Assembly: GCA_963793865.1 (NCBI GenBank) | Contig: CAWCBP010000001.1 | Location: forward strand, 352,001-416,000 | Source of the DNA: an uncultured delta proteobacterium | Lineage (GTDB): Bacteria > Desulfobacterota > WTBG01 | Direction of reading: 5' to 3' | DNA length: 64,000 bases | In this document: positions 43,483 through 52,361 of the stretch, in pieces | Layout: every line of letters starts with the position of its first letter | How positions within the stretch are numbered: the stretch's first letter is position 1 | Translations under genes and position numbers: made by a program | Notes under the pieces: generated by a model | What the model was told of the DNA's origin: nothing | Database searches by the model: none | The model's input: only the letters and a program-made list of their open reading frames with translations

Positions 43483-44648
43483 TTAGAAGCGAACTCTTAA
43501 TTTTCTCCTTATGGGATTTTCGATAAATTTGTATATCAGAAAAGATAACGGCACAATTGAAATCATAAGCACTGCAATGGTGCCGATTTCTCCCAGAGAT
43601 GCAAGAATAGATTGTTTGTTAAGCTCCAATAACCTCCACAACAGTTGATGAAACATAAAAATTGAAAAGCCAAGCTCTCCCAAAAAAACAAAAAGAGGTT
43701 TGGTTAAAATGTTGGAGAAGAAGCCCTTTTCAAGCGCAAAGGTTATGATCACTAAGAAAACCGGTATGGCACTGGCAAGGTAGTTTACATTAAGCAGATC
43801 CAGGCTCTTTGCAAAAGGGAAATTAAAACCAGCAGCGCTTGCCGCAGGAACCGTGTTACACAGCTCCAGAAAATAAAGTCCACGATGGAAAGCAACGCGA
43901 TGCTTTCCAATAGGGTTGCCAGAATATTACCGATCGAGCGTTGGAGAGATGTATGATATTTGATAAAAAATAGTGCAGCAGCGACGCCGCATAAGCATAC
44001 GAGAAGCCTGTTGAGCGGAAAGATATAAAGCAGCCACAGCGCGTTGGCATTGCTGTGACTTTCAATATAGCTCATTGATACGATCAGGGTTGAAAGGGAT
44101 AAGCAAAACAGCCACAGCAGATTTCTTGGTTTATTGTTTGCAAAGGCGAAAATCGCGTAAAAGAAAAAAAGCGTTGATATCATCCAGCTCACGGCGTTAA
44201 ACGAAAAATATATTAACTCGGATGGAAAATACGATTGAAGCAGCAGCATATTTATAATGGCAATGGATATTTGTATCGGTTGATGCCACAGGACCACGAT
44301 GAATGTACTAAAAAAAAATGTGCATATATGTACCGGATATATCCTTACGACTCTGTTCCAAAGAAAGCGAAGGGATTCCCTTGTTGTTGAGAACCTGTCA
44401 TAGTTCAACTTGATGACAAATCCGGATAGAAAGAGAAAAAAAGTCACCCCTATGACGCCAAAATTCACAAAGCGCGGATTGCTCAATATGTCCGGTTGGA
44501 ATGACAGCCTCAGATGATGCAGAGCTATGAACATTACGGCAAAGAAGCGAAGTGATGTAAGGCTTGCGGGATGTATTATCCGTGCTTTGGAATTTTGCGT
44601 ATCAACACTCATGATGTGAAGTGGCGGGGACTCGTGCGGTTCGATCAC
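43483..44648 (-). pseudogene. acyltransferase-3 (OafA-like) membrane O-acyltransferase, frameshifted near 43790
   Basis: LTSLRFFA, GV..FL.LSGF, R..RIYP and W.IS; LGELGFSIF.FH and IENPIR in the downstream ORF. Confidence 0.78.
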
Positions 44649-44664
44649 GTTCCTGTTTATGAGT

Positions 44665-45843
44665 TTATTGTTCGGTCAGACGCTTATAAATCTTCATATA
44701 CTCCTGAATCCTGCCATCCCAGTTGAATCGTTCCAGTGCCATTGCTCGGGAATACTGAGCCATGTGATCGTAAAGTTGTTTCTCCCGTAGGATCTGCTTA
44801 ACGGCCTGTCTGATGGCTGCCGGAGTGGGGTCGACCAGTTTTACCCTTTCTCCATCAATGTAGTTGAGATAAAAAGGATCGTTGCTGGTTATGACGGGCA
44901 ACCCGCAAGCCATGGCCTCCATCAAAACCAGGGAAAACACATCTTCTCCCGCGGCTGCCAGCACAAACACATCGCACGCCTGGTAGACCTTGATTAACTG
45001 TTCCTGGGGCATGGGTTCGAGAACCGTCACCCTGCCGGGCGCCTTTTTGATATACGGCTCAAAATCCCCCCTGCTTACCACTACCAGCCGGTAAGTGGGG
45101 TCGGCGGCACCGATAAAGATATCCAGCCCTTTTTTGGGCACAAATCTTCCGATACTGAGGATTAATTTTTCATCGAGCGGGAGCTGAAGCTCCTTCCTCA
45201 AGGCCGTTCTTTCCTCAGCGCTGACCGGGTGAAAGGCATCGGTGTCCACACCGTTGGAGATATATTCAATCCTTTTTTCCTCAATGCCCATTTCCATGAG
45301 CATCTTCTTAAGCGGCATGCTTAACGTTGTAATCTGATCGCTGCGTGCCAGATTCCCCTTACCGATATAAAGCGAAATGGATTCCAGCGTCCCGATGACC
45401 GATCCCTTGCAAAAATTGCCGATCCTGACCGCAAGCCCGGAACCGGCCTTGGGTCTGAAATGATATTTGTCGGGGGCGGTCTGCGTTAAAACAACTGGTT
45501 TGCCATAATGCTTTGCCATCCTGACTGCTGCAATCGAGCTGAGATAGAGCATGCCGTGGACGTGAACAATATCTGCCCGGGTAATCTCTCTTCTCAGCAC
45601 GCTCAGCAGAGCAGGTGAAAAGATGGGGTAGGGGATGCCGAACGTTTCAAGAAAATTGACCGCCTTGACCCTGACCACTTTCACGCCGTCCTTCACCTCT
45701 TCAGGCGGGGAATGATGGAGGTTGCTAGAAACCATGGTGACATGGTGGCCGAGACGCACATAGCGCTTTGCCTGCTCGAAAGCCCCGACATCGGTTCCGG
45801 TGATGTGGGGAAAAAGGTAATGAACGACGATGACAATATTCAT
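44665..45843 (-). CDS. GT4 family glycosyltransferase
   Basis: DIVHVH, NGVD, GRFVPKKG and EAMACGLPVI motifs. Confidence 0.9.
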   Translation of the reverse strand: MNIVIVVHYLFPHITGTDVGAFEQAKRYVRLGHHVTMVSSNLHHSPPEEVKDGVKVVRVKAVNFLETFGIPYPIFSPALLSVLRREITRADIVHVHGMLYLSSIAAVRMAKHYGKPVVLTQTAPDKYHFRPKAGSGLAVRIGNFCKGSVIGTLESISLYIGKGNLARSDQITTLSMPLKKMLMEMGIEEKRIEYISNGVDTDAFHPVSAEERTALRKELQLPLDEKLILSIGRFVPKKGLDIFIGAADPTYRLVVVSRGDFEPYIKKAPGRVTVLEPMPQEQLIKVYQACDVFVLAAAGEDVFSLVLMEAMACGLPVITSNDPFYLNYIDGERVKLVDPTPAAIRQAVKQILREKQLYDHMAQYSRAMALERFNWDGRIQEYMKIYKRLTEQ

Positions 45844-45859
45844 TGGTATCCTTTCGTTT

Positions 45860-46657
45860 CTATAACGGCTTCCTTGATGCTACGGCTATCCCGGAACCTT
45901 TTGACCGTGACGAGCGCAGAAAAAGCACATCCAGCTTGCACATGGCCAGCAAAAGAGGGAAAAGCAATTTATAGAGCGTAAAAGATCGTTTAGTGTTAAG
46001 CGACTGAATGTCCGCCCACGTCCATGCCTTCTGGCCCATTGCCACCCGCCGCACCGCCAGGTGCGCGATGGAGATGATATCCAGCATCAACTTTGAAAAA
46101 AAGTGGCAAAAATACCGGTGGCCGCACATCATCATGCCGGTCTTGTCCAGTGCATGTGAGAGCCCCGCCAGGGTATACCCCTTCCGGACATGCTTTTCCG
46201 GACCGTCATAATCATGCACCGTTTTAATGTTGAGTGAATCAATGAGGGTGGGAAAGGTAAAGTCGGAGCAGGGGACAGTAATGACCAGAACCCCGCCGGG
46301 CTTGAGAATCCTTGCAATTTCACAGAGGGCTTTGCCGTCTTCGCTTATGTGTTCCAGTACCTCGGCGCAGAGAATCTTGTCAAACGACCCGGACCGGAAG
46401 GGGAGGGTTTCCGCAGTTGAGTTAACCAGTGAAACCCTGCCTCTATTACCCGCTTTGACCGCAAGGAGATTTTCAAGTGAAATGTCCAGGCAGAAGGTGA
46501 AATCGTTTTCTACAGCAATGCCTTCCGCCAGGTACCCGCTGCCCGATCCCACGTCCAGAACTTTCTCCCCCTTCTGCACCTGCAGCATGGAGTCTATGAT
46601 AGGTCGTCGTATCCGGGTATGAAGGTCATAGACTGAAACATTGGTAGCGGTGCTCAT
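45860..46657 (-). CDS. class I SAM-dependent methyltransferase
   Basis: VLDVGSGSG, EVLEHI and RILKPGG motifs. Confidence 0.88.
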   Translation of the reverse strand: MSTATNVSVYDLHTRIRRPIIDSMLQVQKGEKVLDVGSGSGYLAEGIAVENDFTFCLDISLENLLAVKAGNRGRVSLVNSTAETLPFRSGSFDKILCAEVLEHISEDGKALCEIARILKPGGVLVITVPCSDFTFPTLIDSLNIKTVHDYDGPEKHVRKGYTLAGLSHALDKTGMMMCGHRYFCHFFSKLMLDIISIAHLAVRRVAMGQKAWTWADIQSLNTKRSFTLYKLLFPLLLAMCKLDVLFLRSSRSKGSGIAVASRKPL

Positions 46658-47835
46658 CGTGCTTTTTCTTCTTCTGCCAGGCGCAACAAGGCAAGAATTC
46701 TGCGTACGATGCCGAGTGCTATCGCCTGCAGCCCAACGAGCACTAGAAAGGCACCGGTCACTACGTATACCCAGGGGATATCAATCTTTCCGGTGTTGAG
46801 ATACTGCCAGATGGTCTTGTAGTTAAGCATTATCCCAAGCAGCGCGACTACCGCACCGAAAATGATCAGCTTGCGCTGGGAGAGAGCCCGGTATAGTATC
46901 GATTTGAATCCCCTGGCCCGGTTATTGCTTTTGTGAATCAACTGAATGACGTCATCAGAGATGATCCCCACCGTGAAAAGACCGATGCTGGTTACGATAA
47001 GCACCATAACCGTCACCAGCCGGTAGATCATATAGTCGGGGATCAGCCGGAACTTGAGGTAGTAGAAAAGCGGGTACAGCCCGTAGAGGAAGCCGGCAAG
47101 AAAGGCTATGATGCCCGCAATGCCAAAAAACTTAAAGGGCTTATAGGTTAAGGCGATGTCGATAATGGTCTTTAAAAAGCGCATGCCGTCCTGAAGCACC
47201 CCGAGCTTGGATCTGCCGACCCGTTCCTCGTACCTCATGGGAATTTCAGCGATGGTCAGGTTTTGATCCAGCACAGCCCGGCAGCTCATGGCGGGGGTGA
47301 AATGAAGGCCGTCCGGTAACGGGTACAGCTTCTTGAGCGAGCTCTTCTTGATTACCCGCATGCCGCTGGCGGAGTCGGTTATGGCGGTGTTTCCCAGAAA
47401 ATTGATCAGGGCAGCGTAGAAGCGGTTTCCCACTTTTCTGATGGTGGGCATCTTGCTCTCAGGGGTCATTCGCGATCCGATGACTATATCCGCGTCTTCC
47501 TCTATGAGCTTTCTGCACATGCCAATGAAATAGCGGGGATCACAGGTGCCGTCGGCATCAAGGAACCCAACAAGTGATCCCGTTGCCTTTTCAAAGCCGG
47601 TTTTGATGGCAGCGCCATATCCCCGGTTTTTCGCGTAGGAAATGAGGGTTATGTCACTGAATTCACCGGCAATCTCGGCGGTCCGATCATGGCTGCCGTC
47701 ATTGACCACAATAACTTCAACCTCTGTCAAAGGCGTTTCCCGAACCATGTTTTCACGCTCCGCGAGACAACGCCTGATTATGGCCCCGATTGCATCTTCT
47801 TCATTATAGGCAGGTATGACGATTGACAGTTTCAT
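46654..47835 (-). CDS. GT2 glycosyltransferase (DPM1-like) with C-terminal transmembrane helices
   Basis: IPAYNEE, VNDGS.D, DADG, D..SGMR and YEERVG.SKL motifs. Confidence 0.88.
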   Translation of the reverse strand: MKLSIVIPAYNEEDAIGAIIRRCLAERENMVRETPLTEVEVIVVNDGSHDRTAEIAGEFSDITLISYAKNRGYGAAIKTGFEKATGSLVGFLDADGTCDPRYFIGMCRKLIEEDADIVIGSRMTPESKMPTIRKVGNRFYAALINFLGNTAITDSASGMRVIKKSSLKKLYPLPDGLHFTPAMSCRAVLDQNLTIAEIPMRYEERVGRSKLGVLQDGMRFLKTIIDIALTYKPFKFFGIAGIIAFLAGFLYGLYPLFYYLKFRLIPDYMIYRLVTVMVLIVTSIGLFTVGIISDDVIQLIHKSNNRARGFKSILYRALSQRKLIIFGAVVALLGIMLNYKTIWQYLNTGKIDIPWVYVVTGAFLVLVGLQAIALGIVRRILALLRLAEEEKAR

Positions 47836-47855
47836 GTGCTTTAAGGAGTGAGGTT

Positions 47856-48668
47856 TCAGTTAGTTTGCAGCGGTGTCCCCTGCTGGTCCCATGAAAGCCA
47901 TTCGCCGACCCGCTGGCCGTCCTTGTATTCTCCCTCGGTTTTCTTTTGGCCGTTGTCATGCCAGGTGGTGTGCCTGCCGTTCTTTTTACCGTTCAGGTAC
48001 TCACCCTCGGAGGCCTTCGCGCCGTTTTCGTACCAGTAGGTAAAGAACCCGTTCTCTTTGCCCTCCTTGAATTCGCCTTCCCAGTACTTTGCGCCGTTTT
48101 CATACCAGCACTCCCATTTTCCGGTCTGCTGGCTGTTTTCCAGAGCGCCCTCATTTTTCTTCTTTCCGTTAGCGTACCAGCTGGTGCTTGTTCCGCTTTT
48201 CAGGTTGTCCGTGAATATCGACTCTGATTTTTTCTGACCGTTGTCATACCAGTCGGTCCAGGTGCCGTTTCTCTTGTCGTCCTGATAGGCGCCTTCCGAC
48301 TTTTTCTTGCCGTTATCATGCCATTCAATCCATAATCCCGTCTTTTTATCCTCCTGGTAAGCACCCTCGGATTCTTTCTGCCCGTTTTCATACCAGAAGG
48401 TGTGTTTGCCGTCCTGCTTGCCGTCTTTAAAGTTTCCCTGCTGCCGCTGCTTGCCGTTCTCATACCAGCTTGCGTAGCTGCCGTGCTTTATGAAATTACC
48501 GGAGGCGTCCTTCTTCACCTCATATTTTTCCTTCAGCTGGCCGTTGTCATAGCGGGTTTCCAGTTTCCGTGAGCACCCAAAAAGGCAGAGTGACGCGGCG
48601 AGCACGGTCAGTGCAATCGCGATAAGGGTTTGAGATGTCATTGTTCTTGTACCCGGCTTCATGCTCAT
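47856..48668 (-). CDS. MORN-repeat (YwqK-like) lipoprotein
   Basis: Lipobox LFGC; about 9 repeats of W(Y/H)(E/D)NG.K..EG.Y.....G. Confidence 0.85.
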   Translation of the reverse strand: MSMKPGTRTMTSQTLIAIALTVLAASLCLFGCSRKLETRYDNGQLKEKYEVKKDASGNFIKHGSYASWYENGKQRQQGNFKDGKQDGKHTFWYENGQKESEGAYQEDKKTGLWIEWHDNGKKKSEGAYQDDKRNGTWTDWYDNGQKKSESIFTDNLKSGTSTSWYANGKKKNEGALENSQQTGKWECWYENGAKYWEGEFKEGKENGFFTYWYENGAKASEGEYLNGKKNGRHTTWHDNGQKKTEGEYKDGQRVGEWLSWDQQGTPLQTN

Positions 48669-48763
48669 ATCCTCCTTTAATAGTGGCCCTGGTTCAAATT
48701 ATAGTGTACAATGATATACTATATTTAATGAAAAATCAACGAAATAAAGGTACAGGGTCATCC

Positions 48764-49576
48764 ATGCGCTTCGGCTTTCACATATCCATTGCCCAGGGAA
48801 TTGCCAGTGTCATAGAGAAGGCACGGCAAACACGCTGTGAAACCATACAACTCTTCTCCCGCAATCCCCGGGGATGGAAATTTAAAAACCTTTCCGCCGA
48901 CCAGGTTGAAGGCTTTAAAGCGCAGCTCGAGAAATCAGGCATTTCACCCTGCATTTTGCACCTTCCCTATCTTCCCAACCTTGCCTCCGCCAACCCGGAC
49001 CTGTACGCCAAGTCTGTTGATTCACTCTGCGCGGACCTGGTCAGGGCAGGGGCGCTCACCATACCGTTTGTGGTCGCCCACGTGGGAAAGCGGCTGGAGC
49101 TGAGCGAAGGCAGGGCCATGGCGCGGGTTGCCGCGGCCATTAACAGGTCATTAAAGAAGGTTCCCAATGATGTGATGATATTGCTGGAAAATACCGCGGG
49201 GCAGGGGACAGAGCTGGGCGCGAACTTCGCGGAACTGGGGGAGATCCTTTCCCGCGTTGATGACCGGCGCAGGGTCGGCGTTTGCCTGGACGTGGCGCAC
49301 GCCTTCCAGGCGGGTTACGATGTCTCGACGCTAAAGGGGCTTGATGGGACCCTCGCCGAGTTCGATAGGCTGATCGGCCTTAAGCATCTGCACCTCCTCC
49401 ATCTCAATGATTCAAAAACACCCCTGGGCTCCCGCGCTGACCGGCACTGGCATATCGGCAAGGGGCACATCGGCCTGGAGGGGTTCCGGAATATCGTGAA
49501 CCATCCGCTGCTCGTTCACCTTCCCGGCATCATGGAAACACCGAGAGCGGACACAAGGATGATAGGAGGAATATGA
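48764..49576 (+). CDS. nfo: endonuclease IV
   Basis: GFHISI, HLPYLPNL, LENTAG, CLDVAH, HLNDSK, DRH and METP motifs; the last residues are probably frameshifted (alternative stop at 49620). Confidence 0.92.
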   Translation: MRFGFHISIAQGIASVIEKARQTRCETIQLFSRNPRGWKFKNLSADQVEGFKAQLEKSGISPCILHLPYLPNLASANPDLYAKSVDSLCADLVRAGALTIPFVVAHVGKRLELSEGRAMARVAAAINRSLKKVPNDVMILLENTAGQGTELGANFAELGEILSRVDDRRRVGVCLDVAHAFQAGYDVSTLKGLDGTLAEFDRLIGLKHLHLLHLNDSKTPLGSRADRHWHIGKGHIGLEGFRNIVNHPLLVHLPGIMETPRADTRMIGGI

Positions 49577-49669
49577 GAGTAGTGAGGAGGTTGAGGGAAG
49601 AGGGGGCAGGGGAGAAGTAAATCCCAAAGAATTTCAAAATCCAAATCTCAAATGTCCGAAACGGGAATC

Positions 49670-50075
49670 GTGATGCAGGACAATGGATAGGAGGCTTTAT
49701 CCAGTACTCCAGTATTCCAAAACTCCAGCACTCCGGCCTTTACACCACGAAGGGCACGAAGGAAAAGCACGAAGAACACGAAGAAATACATTGAATTGTA
49801 GGGGCAACCCCCTGTGGTTGCCCCCACAGACCGATTTTTCAGTCGCATCGCGCCTTCGAAATGACAAGGCAGAGTTTGTCATTCTGCGACTTGATCGCAG
49901 GATCCAACAAAAAAACACGAACTGGATTCTGGGGTCGAGCCGCAGACTGACCTTTCCATGGCGCAAAAAATGGAGGAATGCACTTCGTTGCGTCCGTTTA
50001 TTATGTACGGCCATGACAGAGCATGGCCCTCCATCGTTCGACGCCGGATGTTGGCCGTCAGATATTCAACATTCG
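49670..50075 (+). repeat. long composite intergenic repeat
   Basis: ACTCCAGT octamers, CACGAAG module, GTAG REP, E and D modules, GGAG-type palindrome and heptamers, in the same order as 15774-16050. Confidence 0.85.
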
Positions 50076-50233
50076 TCTTTTCAAATAAGCATAAGCTATA
50101 TTTGATTATCCTAACAGGTTGAGTTATAGTAGCGAACAAAGGCATTACATGAATGTTCGAAACCTATTGAGTTAAGAATCGTTATAATTCGCATGGTTTT
50201 AACATGTTGTAAAACCGTTTGTAAGAGGCGCTT

Positions 50234-51589
50234 ATGAGACCAAAAGTGAAGGTTTGTCTTACGCTCCTTTGCAGTATTCTATGCATATCGGTTTTTAGCA
50301 GCAATGCATTTCCGGCCGTACCGAAGCGCATTCTCCTGATTGTCATGGATGGCGCACGGTACGATTATTGTACTCCGGAAACAATGCCCAATCTGTATTC
50401 TTTCATGGAAAGGGCTCTGGTGTTTAAAAATGCATACGCACCAAGTTCCTGGACCCTACCGTCACATGCATCCTTGTTTACCGGTTTGTATCCACAGCAG
50501 CATGGGGCTTTTAGGCTCCCCTATCAGCCAACTAATGATGTGGCCATTGATTCTAAAAGGCGATTAGAAGCACCGATTGATATTGATGCCATTGCTCTTC
50601 CGCGGGACGCCATGACCATAGCAGAAATTCTTCATTCAGTCGGCTACCAGACCCTGAGCGTTTTCGGTAATCCTTGCTACGGGTATCCCATATTCAATCT
50701 CCAGAAAGGATTCGATACATGGCTGAATCTGGTTGAAAAAAAACTGAAGGCAACCGGTATAAGACAGCGTGGATTCTATTCTTTTGATTACGAGGTGGAT
50801 GGGGATTTCTATACGGTAATACCAAGCGCTTCAGAAGTTGCACGTGAGGCTACTACATTACTTCAAGCTGCCGATCCCGCAAGACCGATTTTTCTTTTCA
50901 TAAATTTTGAGGATCCGATTGCCACCCCGTTCTATTATCCACCGCAAAAAAGATCAGATGTATTCGATAATTACAGTCAATATCTTAAAAAAAGCATGAA
51001 GTCGATTGATGATGTTATAGTTCCTGTTTTATCCATGTTTAAAGATGGCCTTATCATCGTTACCTCCGATCATGGGCAGGGAGATGGGACTGCGTATAAA
51101 GGTGCAGTGCATGGTACCTCTCTTTATTCCTCCCAGACGAAGATCCCCCTGTTCATACATAATTATACGCGGAAGAAACTCAATTCTGAGGCACCTATAG
51201 ATCTCACACGCATTATGGGTATCATTCTTAATGCTGCCGGATTGGATTACCCCGCTAAGAAGCAGTTTTTCCATCCCGGTGACGATCTGGCATTCAGTCA
51301 CCTCGATGCCTCACCTGAAGCACCAGTTGGTACGCAGGCATCGTTCAGCATCATTTCGGAGCAGGCCCTGCTTTTATTAACTTTCCGTTCAGGAGGGTTC
51401 ACCAAGCATTATATTACGCAGAAGGCTCTGGGTGAGAACATTGATGAGCGGTTTGGGATAGAGCAGGTCCTTTCCCGGAAGATAATGCCGTTTGTCAGGC
51501 TTGAACGAGTTTTCCCTACAACAGGAAAATATCAAAGGCTTGATGAAAATAACATAGAGATGCTGAAAGGATTGGGATACATTGAGTAG
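50234..51589 (+). CDS. exported sulfatase-like hydrolase/transferase (Thr-type, partly degenerate)
   Basis: Signal peptide; [30 protein letters not shown] and MLKGLGYIE. Confidence 0.8.
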   Translation: MRPKVKVCLTLLCSILCISVFSSNAFPAVPKRILLIVMDGARYDYCTPETMPNLYSFMERALVFKNAYAPSSWTLPSHASLFTGLYPQQHGAFRLPYQPTNDVAIDSKRRLEAPIDIDAIALPRDAMTIAEILHSVGYQTLSVFGNPCYGYPIFNLQKGFDTWLNLVEKKLKATGIRQRGFYSFDYEVDGDFYTVIPSASEVAREATTLLQAADPARPIFLFINFEDPIATPFYYPPQKRSDVFDNYSQYLKKSMKSIDDVIVPVLSMFKDGLIIVTSDHGQGDGTAYKGAVHGTSLYSSQTKIPLFIHNYTRKKLNSEAPIDLTRIMGIILNAAGLDYPAKKQFFHPGDDLAFSHLDASPEAPVGTQASFSIISEQALLLLTFRSGGFTKHYITQKALGENIDERFGIEQVLSRKIMPFVRLERVFPTTGKYQRLDENNIEMLKGLGYIE

Positions 51590-51617
51590 GTGTGCTGAGC
51601 GCAAGAGCGCAACTACA

Positions 51618-51988
51618 TGATGCACGATGCAGGATACAGGATAGATCAGTCCACAGTTGTTAGTCCACGGTCGACAGTCTGGAAACCAATACTGCAGTGC
51701 TCCGCTACTCCAATACTTCAACTTTGAACCACGAAGTGCACGACGGGGCTCCTGACAACTGTCAACTGAAAACTTTTTTTGACCCTGTCCCCTTTACCCT
51801 GTTTCCTGAACCCTGCCCACTGTTTTTTTTAACCACGAAGTGCACGAAGGAAAAGCACGAAGAACACGAAGAAATACATCGAATCGTAGGGGCAACCCCC
51901 TGTGGTTGCCCCACAATGTCCGGGCAGGCACGAATGCCTGCCCCGACAGGCCAATTTCTCAGTCGCGAAAGCGCCTTCGAAATGACAA
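51618..51988 (+). repeat. composite intergenic repeat
   Basis: tgcacgatgcaggatacagg, gtccacagttg..gtccacgg, ACCCTG heptamers, CACGAAG module, GTAG REP doublet and cttcgaaatgaca. Confidence 0.85.
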
Positions 51989-52361
51989 TGTGGAGCAGGG
52001 CGGCACCAGTTGTGTCATCCTTCTTCTTTGTTCATCGCAGCATCCAAAGTCTTGGACCGGGCCGCAGGCCGTTGAGTCCTGCATGTAATATAAGTCCATG
52101 ACAGATCACAGCGCTCCGATAGTTGCGATGATGGATAGTGCAAGTTCGATGTGTGCGACCACGATTCCATCTCTGACTCTGTAAACTCAACTGCAACAGC
52201 CGCGTCGGAACATGCCTTTCACGCTTCCTCCCTCCTCTCCCTCAAGCGGCAGCGCTCCGTATTAACGCATTGCTTTCGTGCCCTGCACTGTGCTATTTAG
52301 TCTGCGTCTCGTAACCGCTCGATCACAGCAACTTCCCAACCCGTGTGAGGAAATCCCGGAC

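Noticed and set aside
47856..48668. Toxin-antitoxin system suggested by the YwqK-like annotation
   Set aside because: It is a MORN-repeat lipoprotein with no adjacent toxin gene.
52185..52225. Selenoprotein (CCS-UGA) in the short minus-strand frame
   Set aside because: No recognisable SECIS or selenoprotein family, and a second TGA follows; a frameshift is the simpler explanation.
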